Sequence record: OP889247.1
Strand: one strand, 5' to 3'
DNA length: 64,000 nucleotides
Position 1 is the first letter of the stretch. Each line of letters opens with the position of its first letter. This document shows, piece after piece, positions 1 to 9,693 of this stretch. The position numbers and the translations under genes were made by a program. The notes beneath the pieces were generated by a model that was not told the DNA's origin, ran no database searches, and worked only from the letters and a program-made list of their open reading frames with translations.

Positions 1-293
1 ATCCAGAGCTTAATGTAAAACACCAAGCTTTCTATCCGATGTTTAAAAACACCGTGGATAACGTTAATGATCCGTCTCGTTACGACTATCTGCTTATTAG
101 ACCAGACCCCACCCAATCTAATCTCTTGGTTATCGGCTATCCCTGGATTAATCCAAGTTCCCTAGAAGTAACTAAAGGTCGTTCCGCCCTTATTACTATT
201 ACTACTTGGGAACAGCGCTTTGAAAGTCCTTTAAAAGACTTTCTGGCTAATCTAGGCGTACCTTACACCATTGACATCCGTGATAAGTCTTAA
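1..293 (+). CDS. 3' end of a conserved hypothetical protein (partial, frame open to window edge)
   Basis: The frame of ORF 39..293 stays open upstream to the window start and is followed by a hairpin at 310-343. Confidence 0.6.
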   Translation, partial: PELNVKHQAFYPMFKNTVDNVNDPSRYDYLLIRPDPTQSNLLVIGYPWINPSSLEVTKGRSALITITTWEQRFESPLKDFLANLGVPYTIDIRDKS

Positions 294-309
294 CTCCTTT
301 TAACTAATT

Positions 310-343
310 CTAACCTAACCTCCTTAATTGGAGGTTAGGTTAG
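310..343. terminator. Stem-loop, likely intrinsic terminator
   Basis: CTAACCTAACCTCC-TTAATT-GGAGGTTAGGTTAG, 14-bp perfect stem after a stop codon, T-rich downstream. Confidence 0.7.
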
Positions 344-455
344 TCTTTACCTTTGTTCCCTTTTTTATCTTTTCACCACGATTACAATTTAGTAGCGAAC
401 TAAACATTTAACCTCCTATCATTTGTTTTTCATAATTTCTGTTGAGGGAACAGTT

Positions 456-2522
456 ATGTCAGAATCCAATCCGTTTCTCTCAGAAACGTACGAATCAGAT
501 CGTAATATAATTAAACACTCCATTGATCAGTATTCGGAATTGATTAGTAGAGTACAAGGTGAAGATAAAGAAGTTGTAAAAGCTAACCTTTTAACTTATT
601 TTAAAGCTAATAAAGAACAATATAAATCTAAGCGCGCCAAAGTTATTATTAAGAATAAAGTAGGTGATAGAGAAGTAAAGATTATTCCATTCTCGTCTGT
701 ATTAAAACACGTACAAGATAAGAACTATCACTTCTCACCTAGTATGATTGCTTACACTAACTCTGATGAAGAGGAGTGTGTAAACTCTATTGGAACACGT
801 TTATTCATCGCTAACCGTAAGTATTATAAGAACTTACGACAAGATGCCAAAGCTGTAAACGATAAAGATCTTTATGGTAAGTATCACGAGTTACAAAACG
901 CATTTAAGATCTTTAACAACGCCCAATCCGGAGCCATGTCCTCTGGCGGAACTCCAATTAGTAATCACACTGGCCACACATCACTCACTTCCACAACAAG
1001 ATGTCTGACCTCTACAGCTAACCTAACCAACGAACAATTCATCGCTGGTAATCGTTTCTATCATAACCCTGATGCTACCTTGCAGTCTATGATAGCTAGA
1101 ATTCAAGTGACTGATTTTAAACTACTTGAACAGGTAATGGAAAAGTATAAACTACATTACCCAACTACCGAAGATCTAATGAAAAGGGTTAAGCATTGCT
1201 CTAGTAGATACTGGGATTCCGAATCACAAATGAGTCTTATAGAGACCTTTGTGGATAAACTGAAACCTATTGAAAAGGCGTCTATACTTTATACACTAGA
1301 CTTGTTTTCTCTGTTCAACCATAACAGGGATGTTGTATGCGCTTTCTTTGATAAATGGTGTCATATACCAGAAGTTGATGAATCTAAACTACTTAAACCT
1401 GATAATGGTGATAGATATGTTCTTTGTGTTTCCAAGCTCCCAAGGGATCCAAGTAAAGAACAAGTACAGGCATTAAATTATCACCATGTTCAGGTGGAAA
1501 AAGAATACAGTGATTTTATTAAGGTATTTTTTAAATCACCGATTCCACCTACCGGATTATTTAATGTTGTAAATGCCGTTAGGGATTGTGTCTTAACTAG
1601 TGATACTGACTCAAGTATTTATAGTGTTGATGAAATGATAGATTCTTACACTAGTGATCAAAAGCAAGGCGTGATGTTGAACGGAGTACTTACGTATTTT
1701 ATTCGCATGGTCTCTGTTGATCAACATGCACAACTATCCTGCAATATGAATGTGTCTAAGAAAAACTTAGATCTACTTAATATGAAAAATGAATATTTCT
1801 TCTCAGGTTATGTTACAACTGACATGTCCAAGCATTATTATGCTTATCAAGATATGGTAGAAGGTGTAGTGAACGAAGAGGCAGAAATGGAAATTAAAGG
1901 TGTTCATCTCAAGTCTTCAAAAATCGCTACTGTTATTAAAGACAAAGCTCAGGAATTAATGGTTTCCACACTAGACGCCATTAAATCTGGTAAACAGTTG
2001 AACGCTCCAGAAATACTATTTGGAGTTGGTGAGCTGGAAAGAGGTATCGTCGATGATATTCAAAATGGCGATTATAGTTGGCTTAGTCGTGAAAGTATTA
2101 AACCAGCCAGCGCTTATACTAACCCAGATTCTGAAAAATATCTTTATCACTCTCTTTGGGAAGAAGTGTTCTCAGAGAAGTACGGACCAGCTCCTGAACT
2201 TCCTTACACTGGGATTAAAATGTCTGTTGATCTTACTTCCAAATCAAAACTCAATGCTTATTTGGAAAAGATTGAAGATAATACCATTCGTGAGAAGTTT
2301 AAGAGCTTCCTAGAAAGTAAAGGTAAAGATAAGTTAACAAACCTTTATCTCCCTATGGAAAGAGCTCAGAACTTGAAAGATATCCCCCTAGAGTTCAAAC
2401 AAGCTATTGACTACAGAACCTTGTTAAAACAAAACCTCAAGAGTGTTTACACTGTACTCCACTCTACAGGTTTGTACATGATGAATGACAGTATTACTCG
2501 TTTAGTATCGGACGAACATTAA
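456..2522 (+). CDS. Family B DNA polymerase, C-terminal (fingers/palm/thumb) subunit, phiKZ gp50-like
   Basis: Motif B-like KIFNNAQSG and motif C SDTDS present; no exonuclease domain. Start moved to ATG 456 (GAGGG SD). Confidence 0.88.
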   Translation: MSESNPFLSETYESDRNIIKHSIDQYSELISRVQGEDKEVVKANLLTYFKANKEQYKSKRAKVIIKNKVGDREVKIIPFSSVLKHVQDKNYHFSPSMIAYTNSDEEECVNSIGTRLFIANRKYYKNLRQDAKAVNDKDLYGKYHELQNAFKIFNNAQSGAMSSGGTPISNHTGHTSLTSTTRCLTSTANLTNEQFIAGNRFYHNPDATLQSMIARIQVTDFKLLEQVMEKYKLHYPTTEDLMKRVKHCSSRYWDSESQMSLIETFVDKLKPIEKASILYTLDLFSLFNHNRDVVCAFFDKWCHIPEVDESKLLKPDNGDRYVLCVSKLPRDPSKEQVQALNYHHVQVEKEYSDFIKVFFKSPIPPTGLFNVVNAVRDCVLTSDTDSSIYSVDEMIDSYTSDQKQGVMLNGVLTYFIRMVSVDQHAQLSCNMNVSKKNLDLLNMKNEYFFSGYVTTDMSKHYYAYQDMVEGVVNEEAEMEIKGVHLKSSKIATVIKDKAQELMVSTLDAIKSGKQLNAPEILFGVGELERGIVDDIQNGDYSWLSRESIKPASAYTNPDSEKYLYHSLWEEVFSEKYGPAPELPYTGIKMSVDLTSKSKLNAYLEKIEDNTIREKFKSFLESKGKDKLTNLYLPMERAQNLKDIPLEFKQAIDYRTLLKQNLKSVYTVLHSTGLYMMNDSITRLVSDEH

Positions 2523-2540
2523 TCAATATTATGTAATTTA

Positions 2541-2571
2541 ACCTCTACCTTCCAAATGGGAAGGTAGAGGT
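2541..2571. terminator. Bidirectional terminator between convergent genes
   Basis: ACCTCTACCTTCC-AAATG-GGAAGGTAGAGGT lies between stops at 2522 (+) and 2579 (-). Confidence 0.75.
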
Positions 2572-2578
2572 ATAATTA

Positions 2579-3670
2579 TCATCTTTCTTTTAAATCTAAA
2601 TGAACATTATAGAATTTGTTTCTCCAATAAGGATCTTTTATTTGATTAAGAATAAAAGCAGGATTTAGTTTATAGAAAGTTCTTAATTGAGCTTCTATAA
2701 TAGGATCTTGATATCCCATGTAATCCATATAAGAGAGATATGGTTTCACCCAGTATAAAGCGGCTAGGGTGTAGATCCAACCTAGCTGAATAAACATCTG
2801 GGATTTTCCACAGTTAATGAAAGGTCCTGAGTTATAGTAAAGAGTAGGATGATATTCCATATACTCGGTAAAGCTTCTCAGTCGATCAGACATCAATTTC
2901 TTTTTCTTCCACGTTACATACTTGCTTAAGTCCATGGAGTAGTCTGTAAACGCGAATGGTGGATCTTGAATGACTATTTTATCACCAGCTGTATAATTTA
3001 ACATTACTGTTTCATTATGTACTGGATAATAATCCATCAATACTAAGTAGATAAAGTGTTGAGGAGTCAATCCCACATTGATATTATTACTAACTCTATC
3101 GGTTAAGTAATAGTAATAACTTAGTACTAGTCGATGGACATCTACTTGTATAGCAGAATAGAAGTCTTCTTGACTCTTTCTAATCTCACTGTCTAATAAC
3201 TTAGACAGATCCCAGTATTGAACATTACTGGTAGAGAAGATAGTGGAGAGTATTGGTTGTTCCAATACTTTTTCACGAGAGAGATCATCTATTGTCAACC
3301 CGTACTCATTATCGAACGGAACGACAAAAAGAGTGTGGTGATTGCTTTCAGGAAATACTGTATCAAGGTGATCTTTACCTTTGTTATATAACGAGGTAAG
3401 GTTAACCAAGCTTGCGTATTGCCTACCTTTTAATTCCACCAAATTAAAAAGAGACTCTGATCCTGATACAATGTCAACCGAAAAGTGTTGAAGCAGTTGT
3501 ACTAATGGATGTTGACTAGGAACAACTCGATTACCTAGTTGGAAATACTTCCTATAGTTTTCTCTGTTTCTAGCTATAATACGTTGTAGGTTACCAAGAC
3601 CTCCGTACTGTGGTACTGAGTATTGTAACCCATTGCTCTTTAGTTTGAAATGAGACATATGGTAACTCAA
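2579..3670 (-). CDS. Conserved phiKZ-like hypothetical/virion protein
   Basis: Long ORF convergent on the polymerase and divergent from chimallin; this arrangement is typical of the group. Confidence 0.65.
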   Translation of the reverse strand: MSYHMSHFKLKSNGLQYSVPQYGGLGNLQRIIARNRENYRKYFQLGNRVVPSQHPLVQLLQHFSVDIVSGSESLFNLVELKGRQYASLVNLTSLYNKGKDHLDTVFPESNHHTLFVVPFDNEYGLTIDDLSREKVLEQPILSTIFSTSNVQYWDLSKLLDSEIRKSQEDFYSAIQVDVHRLVLSYYYYLTDRVSNNINVGLTPQHFIYLVLMDYYPVHNETVMLNYTAGDKIVIQDPPFAFTDYSMDLSKYVTWKKKKLMSDRLRSFTEYMEYHPTLYYNSGPFINCGKSQMFIQLGWIYTLAALYWVKPYLSYMDYMGYQDPIIEAQLRTFYKLNPAFILNQIKDPYWRNKFYNVHLDLKER

Positions 3671-3810
3671 CTTAAAAAGATAAGTGATGTAGTATTATAT
3701 GTACAAACATCTAGGTTCATCCTAGATGTTAAAGCGGTAGCTGTACGTCGTATGGAAAATTCTGTCATACGATCAACGTAGGAATGACTAATTTGTGACA
3801 ATTTTTATAG

Positions 3811-3844
3811 TTCTATAATTTTTCAAACCTATATTACCTAAGTG
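3811..3844 (+). promoter_or_regulatory. Early (virion RNAP) promoter of chimallin
   Basis: TTCTATAATTTTTCAAACCTATATTACCTAAGTG contains the phiKZ early motif TATATTAC (3830-3837) and aligns with five other copies. Confidence 0.8.
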
Positions 3845-3924
3845 ATAAGTAAGAGAAGTATTTTCAATTACTTAATTAACCCGCCACTAGTGATTTAAAT
3901 AACTTTTAGCTAAAGGAAATTATC

Positions 3925-5826
3925 ATGCAAGTTAACAACAACGAAAACAACGCTATGAACTCCACCCTGGGTCTGGGCACTTCTTCTAACGGTTCTGGTT
4001 CTCCTCTGGCTGCTCTGTTTGGTAGCACCAACCTGATCACTTCTTCTCACTCTGCTACCGAAGTTGCTGATGTGAGCAAGTACCTGCAAGAGAAAGTTAA
4101 AGAGCTGCTGGCTAACACTGCTCCTGAAATCCAGAAAGCAACTCTGCCGCGTTTCATGCAACAGCTGACCTCTGACATCACTCCGCATCTGCCGGGTATC
4201 GCAATGTACACCGTACTGGGTACTAGCTGCTACGTAATGCCGATCCTGTTCTACAAAGCAGGTATCACCGATGCTACCGATACCATCCAAATGGGTAACG
4301 AAGCTCCGCGTGGCTATGCTAAGACTCCGACTTCCTTCATGACCAATGACGTAATGAAGAAAGTTAAGGAAAGCTTCAAGGTCATCGATGGTAAGACCAT
4401 GACCAACGTCGTGATCACTGCACCGATGGTAATGAACCTGGAGCGTTATATCAAAGCCGGGATCACTGGTGAAGATATGGCTGCTAAAGTTGGTCACAAG
4501 CTGCTCAAAGAGTGGCAGACTGGCATTACCAACATGGCAGCTCTGGAAACTCAGAAAGCTGGTGGTCAACTGCCCAACCCGTTTGCTGGTGGTAAGCTGT
4601 TTGGTCAGCATGAAGCCGCTCTGGCTCGTGTTGAGTCTGTTCATCAACTGGTTGTTGATGGTCTGCCTGTTCCGTATAACCTGGCTGTTAAGCTGGCAAC
4701 TGCCAACAAGAACAACATGACCAACTACGGTAACAACACCGCCAAGACCATCCTGACAACTTACCTGAACGTCCAACTGGAAACTATGTCTCCAGGTCAG
4801 TTCAACGATGTCCGGGCTCGTAACCCTGGTCGTCCTTGCGGTCCGATCGTTCCGGTTGTTGTAGCTGGTATGTCCAACCCTGGTGAAACCCTGCATCACA
4901 ATAACTCCCTGATGACTCAACTGCTTGGTCTGTTCGCAAGTCTGGCAGCTAACGCTCCGGTGTTCTTCTCTGAAGCGTTCCGTGGTCAACAGGTTGGTAA
5001 CCGTGGTAACCTGGGTGTGTTCAACAACTACATGGCTTCTATTCTGGGTCCTGTATATGGTGCTGATCACAACCTCACCAACAAGAACATCACCAACATC
5101 GCAGTAACCAATGACTGGATCCAGCGTTATGTTGCTCCTCAAGCAGTATACGCAATCGATCTGATCGGTTATGTAGATGAAACCAGTAACAACGACTTCT
5201 GGTTCGGTATCACCTCTGGTGACAAGTCCTCTACCTACGTTCGCTCCATGATCTCCCTGTGTGATCTGCTGACCGGTGGTAAGTTCTCTGCCCTGGCTAA
5301 AGAGAACACTGAGAAAGGTGCAAACCGTGACAAGTCCAAAGAGTGGGCGTTTGGTGATGCAATCATGCACCGTACCAACATCATCCGTCCTTACGGTATC
5401 GCCAAGAAAGGTAATGCTTGGTTTGATCTGGGTGAAGTAGATGGCATGTTCCTGCGTCAGCCTGAGTACTACGGTACCAATGAAGTAGCGATCAACGAGT
5501 ACAACGCTCTGCTGCAAGGTAGCATGGGTAACATCGATACTCGTATCCGTCAGTACAACATCCTGAACCGCCTGCAAGCAATGTTCAATAACGATGTGAT
5601 CGTTGAAGGTTGGAGCCTGCGTTATGTATTTAACCAGTCCTTCTTCAACACCCTGGCTCAAGCAATGTCTGCTGCTGGTACTCTGTCTGTATCCGGTAAC
5701 AACGCAGCCGCTAACTGGACCATGCACGTTCAGAACGAAATCCTGAACATGACCATGGGTGCTAGCCTGTCTAACGCGCCGGTCACTCAGAACGTAATGA
5801 ACAACGTGATGTACACCCAGTTCTAA
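3925..5826 (+). CDS. chmA: Chimallin, major phage nuclear shell protein (phiKZ gp54 / 201phi2-1 gp105 family)
   Basis: 633 aa, lying between the DNA polymerase and nvRNAP beta' genes. Has an early promoter, very strong codon bias (CTG/GGT/ACC/AAC) and its own terminator. Confidence 0.88.
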   Translation: MQVNNNENNAMNSTLGLGTSSNGSGSPLAALFGSTNLITSSHSATEVADVSKYLQEKVKELLANTAPEIQKATLPRFMQQLTSDITPHLPGIAMYTVLGTSCYVMPILFYKAGITDATDTIQMGNEAPRGYAKTPTSFMTNDVMKKVKESFKVIDGKTMTNVVITAPMVMNLERYIKAGITGEDMAAKVGHKLLKEWQTGITNMAALETQKAGGQLPNPFAGGKLFGQHEAALARVESVHQLVVDGLPVPYNLAVKLATANKNNMTNYGNNTAKTILTTYLNVQLETMSPGQFNDVRARNPGRPCGPIVPVVVAGMSNPGETLHHNNSLMTQLLGLFASLAANAPVFFSEAFRGQQVGNRGNLGVFNNYMASILGPVYGADHNLTNKNITNIAVTNDWIQRYVAPQAVYAIDLIGYVDETSNNDFWFGITSGDKSSTYVRSMISLCDLLTGGKFSALAKENTEKGANRDKSKEWAFGDAIMHRTNIIRPYGIAKKGNAWFDLGEVDGMFLRQPEYYGTNEVAINEYNALLQGSMGNIDTRIRQYNILNRLQAMFNNDVIVEGWSLRYVFNQSFFNTLAQAMSAAGTLSVSGNNAAANWTMHVQNEILNMTMGASLSNAPVTQNVMNNVMYTQF

Positions 5827-5854
5827 TAGAGCTGATAAACGTTAAGATGTAACT

Positions 5855-5892
5855 ACTAGAGAGGAGGGTAATTCCTCCTCTCTAGTTTTATT
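5855..5892 (+). terminator. Intrinsic terminator after chimallin
   Basis: ACTAGAGAGGAGG-GTAATT-CCTCCTCTCTAGT followed by TTTATT. Confidence 0.8.
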
Positions 5893-5913
5893 ACCTGGAG
5901 GTAATTTTTTCGT

Positions 5914-7308
5914 ATGTCAACTTTAGCGAATGTACTTGAGCAATACCAAATACAACATCTTCTTCCAACCACTCTATTTGATAAAATCATTGGAGAGTCA
6001 GGTTATGTACCAGAAGGTGATGACGAAAGTTTTTATCAACCTCTTTATCCAGATATTGAAGATTTCAATTATCGGCATGATACCACTACAGTTCATCCGA
6101 TCTATCTGAATGATTTCGATTTTAATATAGAAGAAGATCGAGAAAAGATTACTGCTTTGCTACGTACTGAATATGAAGGAAACAATTTCGATACAGTAGC
6201 GAGTTGTACTTGTAAGAAACATCGTACTAATGCGTATCTTGGTACAAGTTTCGTTTGTGACAGTTGTGGAGATCCTGTTACTAAACCACTTGGTGAGAAG
6301 ATCGAAACCAAAGTCTGGCTTCGTACTCCCGCTAACGTGTCAGGGTTTATTAACCCAACTATTGCAGAGGTATTCTTTCGCAAACTCAATACCAAAACCC
6401 CTAAGGTGAATTTGGTTGAGTATTGGATTAACAAAGAGTTTAGAAATGAAAAACGGTTTAGAGACCCAAGTCATAGTGCGTTTAAAATAGCTTGTAAACT
6501 GGAAGCTTTCCGTTTGTCACTCAATATCGAATTTGGATATAACGAGTTCGTTGACAATATGGATTTGATTATCAGATCAGCTATTGAACACGACACTAAT
6601 GGTGTTCTTGATCTTACCGAAAAGAACCGTGAACATTATGCGATGTTCTGGGAAAAATTCAAATCAAGAGCTGTAGCTCAATATCTCCCTTTGCCTAACA
6701 AGGTAACCTCTATTGTCGAGTCTGACCAACGAGATAAATACGTTAATAAGGAGAAGAGTGATCTTGAAAAGATCTTTTACACCATTGCTGATATGTATCC
6801 GGCTTATGACTATCGTTCTACTGAGAACGCAGAGATCATGGGGAAGATCTTTACTAAACTCAAAAGCATGATGTTGGATGTAACTGAATCTATCCTATTC
6901 AAGAAGAAAGGGATGATTCGTTATCACGCTGGTGCCGGTAAGTTACCGATGACTGGTCGTTCTATCATCACAGGCGAATCTGGTGTTTGTCGGTCAGACA
7001 CTATTATTGTTCCCTGGTTGTACGGAATTACGTGTCTGGATAAACACCTAACCAACTGGTTGTATCGTAAAGGCTACACTCCACTAAAAGTAAAGGAGAT
7101 TATCCGCTCAGCTGCTAACTTTAAACATCCTGTTGTAGAGGAGTTCTTTAACTGGGTAGAAAGTAATCGATACGCTATTGCAACGTGCGGTCGAAATCCC
7201 TCTATTCAGTATTTGTCGGCACGTGGTTTCTTTGTACAATTTAACCGCGATGTAGAAGATAAATCCATCCGGATTCCGATTACTACAGTTAAGGAATTTA
7301 ATGCCGAT
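5914..7308 (+). CDS. Non-virion RNA polymerase beta' N-terminal subunit, exon 1 (phiKZ gp55-like)
   Basis: Zn-finger CTC..CDSC, then GKLPMTGRSII and GRNPSI, ending KEFNAD at T7308. This is the first half of the NADFDGD catalytic motif. Confidence 0.9.
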
Positions 7309-8776
7309 AAACACACTAACACTCACCACTGCCAAAGGTGAGAATGAAACTACTCAGAAATTTAATAAAATCCATTAGACTTTATTATCCCGGTTATAGA
7401 AAGATAATAGGTCTTCCTGGATTAATACATCCTATTTTGGATATAGTGTATGAATTAAAGGTATTAGCCCCTGGGTTGATTGTCCCTATCGAAGTCCCAT
7501 TGCAAAAGGGTCAGTATGTCGGTGTTACAATAGCCGGTTCAAACCACCATTTACATAGATTAAAGGCTGAACGGTTTTTACCAAAACCGATTGGAGTTAA
7601 AGACAAATTAATTATCAATCATAAAGACGGTAAAAAGGCCAACAATTCAATAGAAAACTACGAATGGGTTAGTTATTCTGATAATATTGTTCATGCTTAT
7701 AAATCTGGGCTTAGAAGTGACAACATCTCAGGAACAATGTATGACCTTATAAATCTCACTACTTACGATTTTTATTCGTATGCTGACCTATCTAGACATT
7801 TAAAAGTCAACCCTAGCTATGTGACGTATTACATGAAACGTCCGCGCGATTACCCGTTTAGACGAAGATATGTGATAGTCCCAACTGGTAGTGAAAAACC
7901 CAACATAACTAAGGATGATATTTGGAAATCCAATGAAAATTTTGGAAATCCAATAAGCGTTCTGGATACGGTTACCAATGAAATTACCAAATTTGGTAAT
8001 TTTGCTAGCATGGTGAAAACTCTAGGTCTTAAATACCACCAAAGAGAAAAGTTCTTTCCTGGAAAGGAGTATGTTTTCGGTAACGGAAGACATATAGTAA
8101 CATTAATGACCGAGTATAACGAAATCATATCAACACTTAATTCAGACCCTAACTTTTCTACCCGTGATTATAGTCATTTAAACTATAAGAAGGAAAGAAA
8201 TAAAGTTAAAGTGTCTTACCCAAACGGTGATGTGAAAATATTCAAAAATGTTGAAGTGGCGGCTAGAGAGTTAGGAAGCACAGACGCCGCTTTATCAAAA
8301 AGAATACATTCGTTCAAAGGTCTTTGGAAAGGACATGTATTAACTTATATCTGAGTGTTAGTGTAATAGTCCCCCTAGGGTGAAAGTCCTAGTGAGGTAC
8401 CTTTTGAATTGCTGGAAAGTCCACAAAAGTTACTTACCTAAGCTTAATTAGAAATGATTAAGTTAATGGTGTCGAAAGACAGAAACAACAAGTAACCTGT
8501 CCTATGCTAAAAAATAATGCTAAGGGATATTAACAAGGGATAATCAGCCTCCGAGAATCTAAGTATATTCGTGATGAATAGATACGATTCAGGTTCAACG
8601 ACTGTCCCGTGGCTGGGAGTAGGGAAATCAGATTTCCTGAAGTATTAGGCACCTAACCGTGTAAAGACGTAGGTGATGGTATAGTCTGCTCCTCTAGTAA
8701 TGTAGAGGCGGGTGTCTTAGCACACCGGCGTTATTATGATAGCCAAATGGCGAACGGTAATAACGTGGACATAAGG
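7309..8776 (+). mobile_element. Group I self-splicing intron (1468 nt) with HNH homing endonuclease
   Basis: Preceded by U (7308) and ends in G (8776). Core elements: P AATTGCTGGAAA (~8407), Q AATCAGC (~8542), R GTTCAACGACTG (~8593), S TATAGTC (~8680). Removal restores in-frame NAD|FDGD. Confidence 0.9.
7338..8354 (+). CDS. Intron-encoded HNH homing endonuclease
   Basis: HRL..AERF...NHKDGKKANNSIENYEWVSYSDNIVHA HNH motif, followed by NUMOD/IENR-like DNA-binding segments; located inside the intron. Confidence 0.88.
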   Translation: MRMKLLRNLIKSIRLYYPGYRKIIGLPGLIHPILDIVYELKVLAPGLIVPIEVPLQKGQYVGVTIAGSNHHLHRLKAERFLPKPIGVKDKLIINHKDGKKANNSIENYEWVSYSDNIVHAYKSGLRSDNISGTMYDLINLTTYDFYSYADLSRHLKVNPSYVTYYMKRPRDYPFRRRYVIVPTGSEKPNITKDDIWKSNENFGNPISVLDTVTNEITKFGNFASMVKTLGLKYHQREKFFPGKEYVFGNGRHIVTLMTEYNEIISTLNSDPNFSTRDYSHLNYKKERNKVKVSYPNGDVKIFKNVEVAARELGSTDAALSKRIHSFKGLWKGHVLTYI

Positions 8777-8971
8777 TTCGATGGTGATAACATGTATCTA
8801 TTCTTTATCCCAGATATGGTGGGTAAAGTAAATGCATATAGTAACTGGGGGCACCATCAAATGGTTGATCCTAACAAGCCGTTTAAAACAAGTAGATTTG
8901 TTGCCGCAACACGGACTAATCTCTTAAATATAAATAGCGTGCTTCTTAATACACCGATTGAGGAGGACTAA
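8777..8971 (+). CDS. nvRNAP beta' N-terminal subunit, exon 2 (phiKZ gp56.1-like)
   Basis: Begins FDGDNMYLFF directly after the intron's terminal G and completes the DFDGD Mg-binding motif. Confidence 0.88.
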   Translation, partial: FDGDNMYLFFIPDMVGKVNAYSNWGHHQMVDPNKPFKTSRFVAATRTNLLNINSVLLNTPIEED

Positions 8972-9620
8972 TTTGAACGTAACATCAGCTTTCAATAGAG
9001 GTTGTGGTGGAAGCTTGAGTAGTGAAGCTGCTCAGGTCTACGATAACTTCGTAGGAAATATGTTACAGAAATACGATAACTTAACTGGATGGTTGAGTGA
9101 AACTGTAGATTCTGTAAAGAAAGCTCATAGTAACTTTATGTCTTCTAAGATGTGGGAGTTCTCTAACCGTATTGGTAGAACAGGACACTACGTAGGAAGA
9201 TTCGAAATCGGTTATCTGTCGGAAGTTCAATTCCAACAACAAGCCACTGGGTTTATGCGTAATTACATTATGGCTAACCCTAACATGATGGCGTTGTATG
9301 AAACTGAACAAGTCTCTGGATATGATGGAGATTTCTCTGACCTGTGTTCTGGTATCGGTCATGGTAATTATTACTATGATAAAGCTATGGATGGGTTGGT
9401 TACTCAAAATGAGAGTGATCAATACTTCTATCGCACTTACCATAATTCAATGGACGAAGGTACACACCTAAGTCCTAGAGAACGCTTCGATATTCAACGT
9501 ACTTGGCGTGCAACCGATCACCATATTAAGAACTTGTTTGACTCGTCAAACATTGCGGGTGGAAACATTCTTACCTTGGAAGAAGTTGAAGAACGTCGTA
9601 AAGCAGAAGACAAAGAGTAA
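8958..9620 (+). CDS. Conserved phiKZ-like hypothetical protein
   Basis: 220-aa ORF overlapping the end of exon 2, followed by a terminator. Confidence 0.7.
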   Translation: MRRTNLNVTSAFNRGCGGSLSSEAAQVYDNFVGNMLQKYDNLTGWLSETVDSVKKAHSNFMSSKMWEFSNRIGRTGHYVGRFEIGYLSEVQFQQQATGFMRNYIMANPNMMALYETEQVSGYDGDFSDLCSGIGHGNYYYDKAMDGLVTQNESDQYFYRTYHNSMDEGTHLSPRERFDIQRTWRATDHHIKNLFDSSNIAGGNILTLEEVEERRKAEDKE

Positions 9621-9627
9621 TTAAACT

Positions 9628-9662
9628 GAACTACCTGAGGAGCTATCCTTGGGTAGTTCTTT
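9628..9662 (+). terminator. Stem-loop terminator
   Basis: GAACTACCTGAGGA-GCTA-TCCTTGGGTAGTTC (two G-U pairs) followed by TTT. Confidence 0.65.
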
Positions 9663-9693
9663 ATCTACTTTAAAAAATTAAGGAAATAGACAA

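Noticed and set aside
3910-5727. 605-aa ORF on the - strand
   Set aside because: Exact antisense shadow of chimallin. Its extreme codon bias removes stops on the opposite strand, and the translation has no SD or protein-like features.
7309-7341. C-terminus KHTNTHHCQR of the 475-aa ORF
   Set aside because: Read-through into the intron; not part of the spliced protein.
8747-8776. ORF 8747..8971 as an independent 74-aa gene
   Set aside because: Its first 10 codons (MANGNNVDIR) are intron sequence; the rest is exon 2 of the RNAP beta' gene.
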